Shown: positions 42,899 through 52,334, counted from the first letter of the stretch. The stretch is DNA of 64,000 nucleotides from Patescibacteria group bacterium (GCA_041659045.1 JBAZZB010000002.1:231412-295411); one strand, 5' to 3'. A program made the numbers and translations. Notes: generated by a model not told the origin, from the sequence alone.

Positions 42899-45052
42899 AT
42901 GACCAAGCAGTTCTCGCTTGAATGGGGCGGTAAAACGCTCTCTGTTGAGATTGGCAAAATTGCCAAGCAGGCCAACGGTTCGTGCACGGTGCGCTACGGC
43001 GACACCGTCGTGCTCGTCACCGCCACGATGAGCTCCGGCTCGCGCGACGGCATCGATTTTCTTCCGCTCTCGGTTGAGTGTGAAGAACGTTTGTACGCCG
43101 CAGGAAAAATTAAGTCCTCGCGCTTCTTGAAGCGTGAAGGTCGTCCGACCGATGATGCCATTGTCGTCGGCCGCATGATCGATCGCTCGATTCGTCCGCT
43201 CTTCGAACAGAAGATCCGCAACGAAATCCAAGTCGTCTTCACGACACTCGCGTTCGATAAGGAAAACGATTACGACATTCCGGCAATGATCGGCACCTCG
43301 ATCGCGGTCGGTATGTCTGATATTCCGTGGGCCGGTCCGGTCGCGGGTATCCGCGTCGGTCGCGTCGGTACGGAGTGGGTCATCAACCCGTCGTACGAAG
43401 CGCGCGAGAAGAGCGACCTCGACGTTGTCATTGTCGGCACACCGACGCACACGACGATGGTCGAAGCGGAGAGTAGCGAAGCGAAAGAAGAAGACGTGAT
43501 GGCCGGCATGCGTTTCGGCGCGAAGCATCTTTCCGAAGTCCAGGCCTTCATCGAAAAAATTATCACCGAGGTCGGCAAGCCGAAGCGTTCGGTTAACGAC
43601 CTGATCGGCATCGATGAAGAAACCGCGAAAGAAAAAGAGGCGTTAATCGCCAAATCGCGCGAATTCATTTTCCCGAAAATCCGCGAGTATCTTTTCGCCA
43701 CGCCGAAAGCGACGAAAGTCGAACGCCGCGAAGCGAAGTCCGCACTCGCACACACGCTCGATGAATACTTGAAGACCGAACAGGTCGGCAAGGACAAGCG
43801 CAAATGGGCGCTCGACGCGATGCAGAAATGGGTTGAGGAAGTCGTCTCGCAGATCATCTTGGACGAAGGCAAACGCTGCGACGGCCGCGCGCTCGACGAA
43901 ATTCGCGAGCTTTCCGCCGAAGTTGCGCTGCTTCCGCGCGTTCACGGTTCCGGCCTGTTTTCTCGAGGTGAAACGCAGATCCTCTCGACCGTCACTTTGG
44001 GTGCCCCGTCCGATGTCCAGCTGGTCGACAGCATGGAGTTCGACGAAAAGCGCCGCTACTTCCACCACTACAATTTCCCTCCGTACTCTGTCGGCGAAAC
44101 GGGCCGCTTCGGCGGTGGCGGACGCCGCGAAGTTGGTCACGGTGGTCTTGCTGAACGCGCATTGATCCCAGTGCTCCCCGCGAAAGAAGATTTCCCGTAC
44201 ACGATCCGCGTTGTCTCCGAGACACTCGGTTCGAACGGTTCCTCCTCGCAGGGTTCCATCTGCGGCTCGACGCTCGCGCTCATGGACGCCGGTGTACCGA
44301 TCAAGAAACCGGTGGCGGGCATCGCGATGGGTATCGCAACTGATCCGAACGACATCAACCGCTACAAGATCATCACCGACCTCCAAGATTTGGAAGACGG
44401 CGCTGGCGGTATGGACTTCAAGATCGGCGGTACGCGCGACGGCATCACTTCGATTCAGATGGACACCAAGACGAAAGGCCTCACTTGGCAGATCGTCGAA
44501 GAGACGCTGACGAAAGCGAAAGCCGCGCGCTTGCAGATTCTTGATGTCATGGCGAAAGCGATCGCGACACATCGTCCGGAACTTTCTCCGTACGCGCCGC
44601 GCATCATCATCATCAAGATCAATCCGGAACTCATCCGCAACGTCATCGGTCCCGGCGGCAAAGTCATCAACGACATCATCGAAAAAACTGGCGTGCAGAT
44701 CGAAGTCGAAAACGACGGCACGGTCACGATTACCTCCGCCAACCTCGAAGGCCTCGAAGCCGCGAGGAAACGCGTCGAGGATCTCACGCGTGAACTCAAG
44801 CCTGGCGAATTCTTCCCTTCCGGCAAAGTCACGCGCATTCTCGACTTCGGCGCATTCGTCGAAGTCCTGCCCGGTCAGGAAGGCATGGTCCACATCAGCG
44901 AGCTCGACACGAAGCGCGTCGAGAAAGTCACGGACGTCGTGAAGGTCGGCGATATCATCCCAGTCGTCGTCATCAAGATTGACGAGCTGGGCCGCGTCAA
45001 CCTAAGCTTGAAGCGCGCTAAGGAGAAACTGAATGGCACTGCTTCCCAATAA
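42899..45052 (+). CDS. pnp: polyribonucleotide nucleotidyltransferase (PNPase)
   Basis: 717 aa with two RNase PH domains plus C-terminal KH and S1 domains (..KPGEFFPSGKVTRILDFGAFVEV..). Confidence 0.95.
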   Translation: MTKQFSLEWGGKTLSVEIGKIAKQANGSCTVRYGDTVVLVTATMSSGSRDGIDFLPLSVECEERLYAAGKIKSSRFLKREGRPTDDAIVVGRMIDRSIRPLFEQKIRNEIQVVFTTLAFDKENDYDIPAMIGTSIAVGMSDIPWAGPVAGIRVGRVGTEWVINPSYEAREKSDLDVVIVGTPTHTTMVEAESSEAKEEDVMAGMRFGAKHLSEVQAFIEKIITEVGKPKRSVNDLIGIDEETAKEKEALIAKSREFIFPKIREYLFATPKATKVERREAKSALAHTLDEYLKTEQVGKDKRKWALDAMQKWVEEVVSQIILDEGKRCDGRALDEIRELSAEVALLPRVHGSGLFSRGETQILSTVTLGAPSDVQLVDSMEFDEKRRYFHHYNFPPYSVGETGRFGGGGRREVGHGGLAERALIPVLPAKEDFPYTIRVVSETLGSNGSSSQGSICGSTLALMDAGVPIKKPVAGIAMGIATDPNDINRYKIITDLQDLEDGAGGMDFKIGGTRDGITSIQMDTKTKGLTWQIVEETLTKAKAARLQILDVMAKAIATHRPELSPYAPRIIIIKINPELIRNVIGPGGKVINDIIEKTGVQIEVENDGTVTITSANLEGLEAARKRVEDLTRELKPGEFFPSGKVTRILDFGAFVEVLPGQEGMVHISELDTKRVEKVTDVVKVGDIIPVVVIKIDELGRVNLSLKRAKEKLNGTASQ

Positions 45053-46214
45053 GCTAAGCGGCCTCCAAGCGCTCCTCCTTCTGGGAGGGGCGTTTGTTTT
45101 CGTTGGATTTCTCATTGTCCGTTCATACACGCTGGTCCTCGATACCAGCCCGACGGCCCCGCCTCAGTCTGAAATCGTGCTTTCCATCGTGAAACGCGAT
45201 GAGACGTTTCTGAAGAGCGCCGCCTGGGCAAAGTTCCTCGCCGCGCTTCCAAAAGAAGCCGCTCAGGCACTTTCACAGGCACAAGCCGACCACACAGCAA
45301 CTCTTTTTGCTGTTCGTGGTGAGGACGGCGCCCTCGCTTGGGGTTTGGTTGAAGCACTTAGTACTTCCCGCGGACAAAGCCAGAAACCCCAACGAAAACT
45401 CGTACCTCGTGAGGTCGGGGCCGTGGGTTCATTTAGAGTTGCCGGACAAACTCAGCCGATCCAAGCCTACTTTGAGCCTGAATTGGTACGGTTTGAGATT
45501 GGTCGTGGTTATCGTGGACTTTTGGCCAATCCAGTTCCCTTCACCATGGGCCGCAGGCTTATTCAACCGATCAATCAACAAATCGCTCACCTTGAGAAGC
45601 CGTCCGAGGCCAGCTGGGGGAAAGCACCCGCCTTGTTTCAGTCTACAATGCAGCGTTTTAAGGGCCTTGCTGATCCCTGGACCTGGCCGGGGAGGGTTGA
45701 ACTCGCTGTTAGTGCCTCATCGACCGGGGAGACGCTCTACCCCTTCCTTTTGTTCTATAAACCAACAGTTGGCCAGAAGAATGTGGCCAAACAAACGGAG
45801 GATTTTGCGAGGAATCTGCTTGCTCAGGCGGCCCCGCAGACAGTGCTGGTGAACTTGCCTGACGACAGCCAAATGACCGAATTCCGCCACGATCCTGAAT
45901 CTATCCAAAAGGAGGAGATTCGGAACCAGTTTGGCACCCTTCTGAGGCTCACAGCCCCTGGAAAATCCCAAAGAATGCTGGTGTTTCTGGCGGATGACCA
46001 TGAGGTCTGGATCAGCAACGATCTTGCCCTGATTCAAGCTGGGTTTCTTGATAACGTACAGGCGACAACCCCAAGCTCTGCTTGTGACCGTGACAGCATC
46101 GGCGGTTTTGCCTCACTTTCAGGTCAGAGTTTTTCGTATGGAAGTTTTTCAAGGGTGAATATCTCAATTAATGATATTGAGACCGGGTTATTCACACTCT
46201 GTGGATATTATTGA
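45033..46214 (+). CDS. hypothetical membrane-anchored protein (lower GC, about 50%)
   Basis: 393 aa. The start lies inside the pnp 3' end, preceded by AAGGAG with a 7-nt spacer. It has an N-terminal TM helix. Confidence 0.5.
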   Translation: MALLPNKLSGLQALLLLGGAFVFVGFLIVRSYTLVLDTSPTAPPQSEIVLSIVKRDETFLKSAAWAKFLAALPKEAAQALSQAQADHTATLFAVRGEDGALAWGLVEALSTSRGQSQKPQRKLVPREVGAVGSFRVAGQTQPIQAYFEPELVRFEIGRGYRGLLANPVPFTMGRRLIQPINQQIAHLEKPSEASWGKAPALFQSTMQRFKGLADPWTWPGRVELAVSASSTGETLYPFLLFYKPTVGQKNVAKQTEDFARNLLAQAAPQTVLVNLPDDSQMTEFRHDPESIQKEEIRNQFGTLLRLTAPGKSQRMLVFLADDHEVWISNDLALIQAGFLDNVQATTPSSACDRDSIGGFASLSGQSFSYGSFSRVNISINDIETGLFTLCGYY

Positions 46215-46340
46215 TGGATTTGTGGATAACCTTATCCACTAGAACTCACAGATAATCCACAGTGTTGTGCACAGCGTACCGTAGCCTTAACTGAATAAGC
46301 TCACTTCGCCTTATTTTAATGAGAATATCTATCCACAGAA
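46199..46340. other. DnaA-box cluster (five boxes) with an adjacent AT-rich tract
   Basis: Boxes versus the TTATCCACA consensus: ATATCCACA (reverse complement of 46200-46208), TTATCCACA perfect (reverse complement of 46221-46229), TTATCCACT (46232-46240), TAATCCACA (46253-46261) and CTATCCACA (46329-46337). AT-rich stretches follow at 46300-46380. Confidence 0.5.
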
Positions 46341-46821
46341 CGCAGATTGACCCAAGCCGTTTTTTCAGGTATAGTTATTACAGAGAACGTTGACAACTGA
46401 ATCGCGGAAAGACCACTGAGAGATGCCTACCGAAGCTTAGCTTGGGTGCACATCCCTCTCCCTTACTTTTCTCCTTGCAAAACAAAAATCAAAAGCATCC
46501 TGGTTCTGCCTCAAATATGTCGTGCTTCGGCACTGACCCGAGGATTGGAACCGTTGGAAGGTTGGGGAGGTTGTTCTTTCAGCCCACCGTTGGCTAGTCC
46601 TTCAATCGCTGCGGCGAACAGAAGGCTCAACGCGCGGCACTCAGGAGCTCGAGAGTATTGCGGATTTGTCCTAGCACGTCTTTTACAGGCGTTCTGAGAC
46701 AAATCCGCATACACACTCTCGAGCTTTTTCTTTTGTAGAATACCCGGGTCTGACCCTTGCCATGAACGGGTGGATCCACTATACTTTTACCAAGGCCAGA
46801 AGCCCGTTTTTTTAGAGAAGT

Positions 46822-47187
46822 ATGGACAAGAATACCCTCAAAACACTTGAAGAAAAACTGATCGCGGAGCAGGCTAAGCTCGAAGTTGAGCTGAGCGGCT
46901 TCGCTCAGAGGAATCCTCAGAACGCTGACGATTTCAACGCGGATTTCCCACAACTTGGCGATAAGGAGGATGAAAATGCTTCCGAGGTTGCCGAGTACTC
47001 GAAAGACCTGACGGTTGAGCGCACGCTGGAAGCATCGCTGCGCGACGTGAAGAAAGCGCTCGAGCGCGTTCAGGACGGCACGTACGGCACCTGTAAATAC
47101 TGCAGCAAGGTGATCGACGAGAAGCGCTTAATGGCGCGACCGACATCGACCTCCTGCATCGACTGCAAGAAACTGTTCACGGAATAA
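46822..47187 (+). CDS. dksA: DksA/TraR-family C4 zinc-finger regulator
   Basis: 121 aa. The C-terminal sequence CKYCSKVIDEKRLMARPTSTSCIDC is a C4 zinc finger and the N-terminus is a coiled coil. Confidence 0.7.
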   Translation: MDKNTLKTLEEKLIAEQAKLEVELSGFAQRNPQNADDFNADFPQLGDKEDENASEVAEYSKDLTVERTLEASLRDVKKALERVQDGTYGTCKYCSKVIDEKRLMARPTSTSCIDCKKLFTE

Positions 47188-47193
47188 GCTAAC

Positions 47194-47225
47194 CCCCCCG
47201 ACAACCGTCGGGGGGCTTTGCTATA
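47194..47225 (+). terminator. intrinsic terminator
   Basis: CCCCCCGACaaccGTCGGGGGG is followed by CTTTGCTAT. Confidence 0.55.
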
Positions 47226-47234
47226 CTGGACTCC

Positions 47235-47666
47235 ATGAAACTACAGACGCGTTGGACACTGATCGCAGCAAGCGCCTTTCTTCTCGACCGCCTTTTAAAA
47301 CATCTGGCTCTTTCAGGAGCGCATGCCGGTGGAGACAACGGACTTCTCCGATTCGCACTCTTCCGCAACGACGGCATCGCCTTCAGTCTCCCCTTCTCCG
47401 GACCACTCGTTTGGCTGCTGAGTATCGGGATACTCGCTTTTATCGGGCGCTTGGCGTATAAAGACTTTCGAACCAAGCACTATAAGCGAGCGGAGGCCTA
47501 TCTCTTCTTCGTTCTCGGAGCCTGCAGTAACTTGTTTGATAGAATCGTCTACGGCTTCACAGTCGATTATGCGATCTTCTTCCGCCTTTCAGCCGTGAAC
47601 ATTGCCGACGCAATGATCATTGCCGGGGCGGCCTGGCTTGTCCTAAAGGCTCCTGGAAAGAAATAA
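47235..47666 (+). CDS. lspA: lipoprotein signal peptidase (signal peptidase II)
   Basis: 143 aa with four TM segments. The conserved Asn/Asp motifs (NDGIAFS; FDRIVYGFTVDY; NIADA) are present. Confidence 0.8.
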   Translation: MKLQTRWTLIAASAFLLDRLLKHLALSGAHAGGDNGLLRFALFRNDGIAFSLPFSGPLVWLLSIGILAFIGRLAYKDFRTKHYKRAEAYLFFVLGACSNLFDRIVYGFTVDYAIFFRLSAVNIADAMIIAGAAWLVLKAPGKK

Positions 47667-47670
47667 TTTT

Positions 47671-48039
47671 ATGCCGAATCTTTTTCTCGAAAAATCGATT
47701 GACGTCAACACCCCGGCGGCAAAGGTCTGGAAGCATTTGTGCGAGAAGTACGCTTCTGATTGGGAGGTTGGCTCTTCAATTCAAGGGCGGGGCGCGGATG
47801 GAAAAATCCTGAAGCTGGAGCAGGAAAAGTTGCTGAAGCACAATCTCTTGCGCATGAGCGCTGACGGAGTTGCCACGCTTTCTTCTGTCATTACGTACGA
47901 GCTCCGCGAACACAACGGCATGACCATTCTGGTCGCGAGAGAAAGTTTTGCCGAAGCACAGAGCGACAAGGCATTTACAGAGGCGCTCTCGGGCTGGGAC
48001 GCGACATTGGCTGCCTTAAAGGCCGAAGCGGAGAAATAA
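47671..48039 (+). CDS. SRPBCC-superfamily (AHSA1/Bet v1-like) protein
   Basis: 122 aa. The N-terminus is ..SIDVNTPAAKVWKHL.., typical of the AHSA1/SRPBCC family. Confidence 0.45.
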   Translation: MPNLFLEKSIDVNTPAAKVWKHLCEKYASDWEVGSSIQGRGADGKILKLEQEKLLKHNLLRMSADGVATLSSVITYELREHNGMTILVARESFAEAQSDKAFTEALSGWDATLAALKAEAEK

Positions 48040-48043
48040 AAAA

Positions 48044-48070
48044 CGAGGGGCTTGCCCCTCGTTTTTTTGT
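48044..48070. terminator. bidirectional intrinsic terminator
   Basis: CGAGGGGCttgcCCCTCG is followed by TTTTTTT and preceded by AAAAAA. Confidence 0.6.
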
Positions 48071-48071
48071 A

Positions 48072-48485
48072 CTAGATGCGCTTGTGTGAAAGGACACAGC
48101 CAATCGCATGTGTCACTTTTTTTGAACCTTTTTCATATGCCGGCGCGATGTCCATGACCACATGCGTTTTACTGCCGTTTTTACGAACAAAGTCGTGCGC
48201 AATAGCACTCATCGCGTGCCCTTGGTAAAGATCCAGCAGGTCTTTGAGACCATCGCGAATGCCAGCATTCGCAAGAAGCGTATCGAAACGCGCTCGCGTA
48301 AGTTCCCTGCGATGATACCCCGTCAGTTCAAGAAAAGAATCGTTTGCGAAGATGAATCGCGCGTCTTTATCGAGAACAAAGCAGGGCGTCGGTAAACGTT
48401 TAATCCAAGCAAAAGGCACGGCTTGCAGCACGGCGCGCTTTCTTGTGGTTTGCCTTAAGACATTGATACTACGGGACTTCGGCAT
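48072..48485 (-). CDS. PAS-domain protein
   Basis: 137 aa. The PAS signature is CFVLDKDARFIFANDSFLELTGYHRRELT. Confidence 0.6.
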   Translation of the reverse strand: MPKSRSINVLRQTTRKRAVLQAVPFAWIKRLPTPCFVLDKDARFIFANDSFLELTGYHRRELTRARFDTLLANAGIRDGLKDLLDLYQGHAMSAIAHDFVRKNGSKTHVVMDIAPAYEKGSKKVTHAIGCVLSHKRI

Positions 48486-48526
48486 GTGGGACTGCTATAC
48501 TTCAATGCAAATACAGTAGCAGACCT

Positions 48527-49198
48527 ATGACGAAGCATGAAGGCCATCGGCACGGTTCGACGGACGACACGCAGCACCTGAGCGCTCTTGAACATGCTCA
48601 TGGGCCGCTCCCGCAACTCATGATTGGCGACATCATCTTGGTTCGACACAAGAAGTCGCTCATTCGAAATTTTTTGCGTAAGATCACGAACAGCTATTGG
48701 GACCACGCAGCGCTCGTAATTTTTTCGAGAAACCCCGAGAAGGGCTACTCGAGCAATATTATTGCGGAAGCGATTCAGCATCGTGCCATCGACGCGTGGC
48801 GACGCGGTGTTGAGGTTCATAAAATGGATCGCTACCTCAACGAACCCGACTTGTACGACGTGGGCGTAAAACGTTGCATGGATATCGACGACGAAATTCG
48901 CGACCATGTGCGCGCATTCACGCTTATGAACGTCGACGCTCCGTATTATCGTCTTCCTCTCGCAGACCTCGCGCTCGCGTCTGTCTCGCGCGTCATTCGG
49001 AAGTTTGTCCTCAAGCGCCAACGATTCACATGCAGTGGCTTGATCCAAAAAGCCTATTGGAATGCGGCGCCGTGGGAGAGAAGGCATGGTTTTGCTTTCC
49101 GTGATTTTGGCGATTCGCCGATTGAACTGCAGGAACTTGTTTCGCCGGGCGATATCGCAAAAAGCGATGTCTGCGCGTGGATTTGGAATCGCCACTGA
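48527..49198 (+). CDS. permuted papain-like (YiiX/C92-like) protein, tandem paralog 1
   Basis: The motifs YWDHAALVI and FTCSGLIQKAYW (a permuted His...Cys pair) are present. It shares the C-terminal SPGDIAKS motif with the next ORF. Confidence 0.45.
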   Translation: MTKHEGHRHGSTDDTQHLSALEHAHGPLPQLMIGDIILVRHKKSLIRNFLRKITNSYWDHAALVIFSRNPEKGYSSNIIAEAIQHRAIDAWRRGVEVHKMDRYLNEPDLYDVGVKRCMDIDDEIRDHVRAFTLMNVDAPYYRLPLADLALASVSRVIRKFVLKRQRFTCSGLIQKAYWNAAPWERRHGFAFRDFGDSPIELQELVSPGDIAKSDVCAWIWNRH

Positions 49199-49199
49199 T

Positions 49200-49835
49200 A
49201 TGCACGTCGGTCGATATTCCGATATCAGGAGCGCGATGCGAAATCTGCAAGTCGCCGATATCATTCTCACGCGCACGAAAAACGCGAACTGGCTCTTGAG
49301 AGGCATTCGTAATGTCAGCCGTTCCCATTGGAATCACAGCGCTCTTGTTTTCCAAGTTGTTCATCAAGAAGACGCGGATCCGGAGGTACTGATCGTGGAA
49401 GCGCTTGATCATGGCATAGAAATCCATCGTCTACACAACTACCTCGACTCTAAGGAATTCGACATCGGTATCAAACGCATCCCGAACCTTACAGAGTCGG
49501 AGCGCGAACGTATCCTTGCCTACTTTCTAGAGAACATTGATACGCCGTACGATTTCACGAGACTCTTCGGATACGTGCTCAATCGCGCGGCGCTGAAAAT
49601 TGCAGGCGTGAGGATTCGCGACATGGTGGCGCAAAGGATCATCAACATCGACAACTTTGTTTGTTCCACGTTCACGCAGCGCGCGTTTTACCTTGGCGTC
49701 TCGCCCGACAAACGTGATCGCGTCATGTTTAAAGAGGGCGCTGATACGAACTTTCTCTACCAACTCGAGTTCATCTCTCCGGGAGACATTGCGAAGAGTA
49801 CCAACACCGACTGGCTCTACAACCCACACGAATGA
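49200..49835 (+). CDS. permuted papain-like (YiiX/C92-like) protein, tandem paralog 2
   Basis: The start MHVGRY lies 1 nt after the upstream stop. The motifs HWNHSALVF, FVCSTFTQRAFY and SPGDIAKS are present. The terminator CCCCTTGcgtgctgCAAGGGG plus T5 follows. Confidence 0.45.
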   Translation: MHVGRYSDIRSAMRNLQVADIILTRTKNANWLLRGIRNVSRSHWNHSALVFQVVHQEDADPEVLIVEALDHGIEIHRLHNYLDSKEFDIGIKRIPNLTESERERILAYFLENIDTPYDFTRLFGYVLNRAALKIAGVRIRDMVAQRIINIDNFVCSTFTQRAFYLGVSPDKRDRVMFKEGADTNFLYQLEFISPGDIAKSTNTDWLYNPHE

Positions 49836-49881
49836 GCGAACCCCTTGCGTGCTGCAAGGGGTTTTTGGTAGGGCGCTTCAT

Positions 49882-51399
49882 ATGCCTGCCAATATTCTTT
49901 CTGCCGCTTTGATCGGCGTCGACGCTGCGCCAATCGAAATTGAATCGGACGTTGCTAACGGCCTGCCCGCTTTCGTGATTGTCGGCTTGCCGGACGCCGC
50001 TGTCCAAGAGGCACGTGATCGCGTAAAGACTGCGCTCAAGAACAGCGGCTTCTCGTTTCCTCGAACTCGCCTGACCGTAAACCTTGCGCCGGCTGATCTT
50101 CGAAAAGCCGGACCGGCGTTCGATTTACCGATAGCGGTTTCCATCATGGTCGGGTCTGGAGAGCTGAAGTATGAGGCCGTGCAGGGCGCGCTCTTTCTCG
50201 GCGAACTCGCGCTCGACGGCTCGCTCCGTCCCGTCGCCGGAGTCTTGGCGGCCACTCTTCTCGCGAAAAAACTTGGTGCGACGCGTATCTTTGTGCCAAA
50301 AGAAAACGCGAGCGAGGCAGCGCTTGTGCCGAACATTCAAGTTTTTGGCGTGCCAACACTCTCCGTGCTTGCCGAGCATCTGCACGGCATACACGTGTTT
50401 GAGCCGCATCACGCGACGGAGCCAGCTGACGATGACGTGGGTGAAAGCGGGTATGACTTCGCGTCGATTGCCGGGTTAGAGCAAGCAAAACGAGCGCTGG
50501 AAATCGCCGCGGCGGGTGGTCATAATATTCTTCTCTCCGGTAGTCCGGGCGCGGGCAAAACTCTTCTCGCGCGTTCGATTCCATCGATCTTGCCGCGCAT
50601 GACGTATGAGGAGGCGCTTGAAGCGACAAGAATCCATAGCGTTGCGCATCTTCTACCGCGTTCGTCCCCTCTCTTGCAGTCACGTCCCTGGCGCGCGCCG
50701 CACCATACGGCAAGTACCGCGGCGATCATCGGCGGCGGTACAAATCCGCACCCAGGCGAAGTCACGCTCGCGCACCGTGGAGTTCTCTTTCTTGATGAGT
50801 TTCCAGAATTCCCGAGGCCCGTGCTTGAAGGTTTGCGACAGCCTCTTGAAGATCGACGCGTGACGGTCAGCCGTGCTTCTGGCACTTTGGAATTCCCCGC
50901 GTCGTTCATGCTCGTGGCCGCGCGCAATCCTTGTCCTTGCGGTTTTTTTGGCGACCCTGAACGCGCTTGCGTCTGCACACCATCATCACTCGAACGCTAC
51001 CGCAAGAAGATCTCCGGCCCGCTTCTTGATCGTATTGATCTCTACGTGGAAGTACCGCGCACACCGTACGAAAAACTCGCAGCAGCTGGAGAAGCGGAAA
51101 CATCGTTTGTCGTGCGAGGTCGTGTCAGCGCGGCAAGAGACGCGCAATCACGCCGCAATGCTTTTTTCGGAGCAATTACCAACGCGGATATTCGCGGCCG
51201 TGATCTTAAAAAGATATGCGTGATTCCGCGTGAGGCCGAGACGCTTTTGCTCGCCGCTTCCAAAGCACTGCATCTTTCGCCGCGCGCTATTCATCGCTGT
51301 CTCAAAGTCGCGCGCACGATTGCAGACCTCGCTGAACGAGAACGTATCGAAACTCCAGACGTCGCCGAAGCGTTGCAGTATCGACCGAAGCAGGAATAA
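49882..51399 (+). CDS. yifB: YifB/ComM-family Mg-chelatase-like AAA+ ATPase
   Basis: 505 aa. It has an N-terminal Lon-like domain, Walker A (LLSGSPGAGKT), Walker B (VLFLDEFPEF) and a C-terminal domain. The upstream part of the track ORF is not coding. Confidence 0.85.
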   Translation: MPANILSAALIGVDAAPIEIESDVANGLPAFVIVGLPDAAVQEARDRVKTALKNSGFSFPRTRLTVNLAPADLRKAGPAFDLPIAVSIMVGSGELKYEAVQGALFLGELALDGSLRPVAGVLAATLLAKKLGATRIFVPKENASEAALVPNIQVFGVPTLSVLAEHLHGIHVFEPHHATEPADDDVGESGYDFASIAGLEQAKRALEIAAAGGHNILLSGSPGAGKTLLARSIPSILPRMTYEEALEATRIHSVAHLLPRSSPLLQSRPWRAPHHTASTAAIIGGGTNPHPGEVTLAHRGVLFLDEFPEFPRPVLEGLRQPLEDRRVTVSRASGTLEFPASFMLVAARNPCPCGFFGDPERACVCTPSSLERYRKKISGPLLDRIDLYVEVPRTPYEKLAAAGEAETSFVVRGRVSAARDAQSRRNAFFGAITNADIRGRDLKKICVIPREAETLLLAASKALHLSPRAIHRCLKVARTIADLAERERIETPDVAEALQYRPKQE

Positions 51400-51429
51400 A
51401 AAATCCCGCAGCGTAGTAGCTGGCGGGTT

Positions 51430-51831
51430 TCAGTTCCAAGTGACGAACAAGAGGTAGATAGACTGCAGACCCATGAGGATCCACTGGGCGCGGGCGTGAA
51501 GCATCTCAGACCCATGAGGCCAGAACACGCCCTCAAGCAAGAGAAAGAGCGCAACGACAAGCAGCTGCACGAACATGAACAGAAGCGCCAGTCCGAGGTT
51601 GCCGCTGCCGCCCGACTTGGCGGTGTAAACGCTGACAAGGAACGTCAGGAACCCACCGAGGCCCACGAAGAACGTGAGCTTCCAGGCGAGCTCGCCGAAG
51701 TTGGTTGCGGGTGCGTAGGCAAGCGTGGCATACGAAAGCGCGGCAAGCGCAGCGATCGTCAGGCACACGACAACGAAACGGTTGAAGTCCCGGTTCGCAT
51801 CGTGATAGGCGTCCTCTGGAGGATGCGTCAT
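51430..51831 (-). CDS. hypothetical 4-TM membrane protein
   Basis: The probable start MTHPPEDAY is preceded by AAGGAG with a 7-nt spacer. Confidence 0.45.
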   Translation of the reverse strand: MTHPPEDAYHDANRDFNRFVVVCLTIAALAALSYATLAYAPATNFGELAWKLTFFVGLGGFLTFLVSVYTAKSGGSGNLGLALLFMFVQLLVVALFLLLEGVFWPHGSEMLHARAQWILMGLQSIYLLFVTWN

Positions 51832-51900
51832 CAGAATCTCCTTGGTTGAAAGACCTGTTGCTGTCACGAGCCTAGCAGAAGGTCTCGGTCGCATCAAGAG

Positions 51901-51932
51901 AAAACCCCCCGACATATGTCGAGGGGTTTTTC
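51901..51932. terminator. bidirectional terminator (CCCCCGACATATGTCGAGGGG family)
   Basis: The sequence AAAACCCCCCGACATATGTCGAGGGGTTTTTCTT is a near-copy, in inverted orientation, of the hairpin at 3066-3085. Confidence 0.55.
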
Positions 51933-51933
51933 T

Positions 51934-52329
51934 TCAGACCGCGGGCGCGGCGGGCGGCGTTTGCGTCGGCGGTGTCGTCGGTTTGTCTTCCGTTCCGTAC
52001 GCGAGGTACACGTAGAGAATCAGGTTGAACGGCGAAAGGACAGCGACGAGTCCCCACCACTTTTCAACACCGAAACGTTCGCAGAGCGCCATCGTCGCCA
52101 TAATGAGCGCTACGATGTTCACAATCGGCAGGAAGAACAGAATCAGCCACCACATCGGCTTCTTCGCGATCTTGAGAAGCAGCACCATGTTGAGAAGCGG
52201 CAAAACCGCAAACCATTTCGGCTCCTCTTTCGTGCGATCCGCCATCTTCCAGAGCACGAACGTCATGACAACGTGAAAGAGGCTGAAAGCGACCCAGGGC
52301 GAGATCCCGAACGGTTGAGACTCAAACAT
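51934..52329 (-). CDS. hypothetical membrane protein with a Pro/Thr-rich C-terminal tail
   Basis: 131 aa with three TM helices. Confidence 0.45.
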   Translation of the reverse strand: MFESQPFGISPWVAFSLFHVVMTFVLWKMADRTKEEPKWFAVLPLLNMVLLLKIAKKPMWWLILFFLPIVNIVALIMATMALCERFGVEKWWGLVAVLSPFNLILYVYLAYGTEDKPTTPPTQTPPAAPAV

Positions 52330-52334
52330 AGTGG

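Noticed and set aside
46400-46820. tmRNA, RNase P RNA or SRP RNA in the ORF-free spacers at 46.4-46.8 kb and 60.08-60.64 kb.
   Set aside because: I could not find the tmRNA tRNA-like 3' end (GGTTCGANTCC..CCA), the RNase P CR-I GGAAAGTCCGGGC or CR-IV motifs, or the SRP domain IV GGAA-capped motif. The regions are kept only as unclassified ncRNA candidates.
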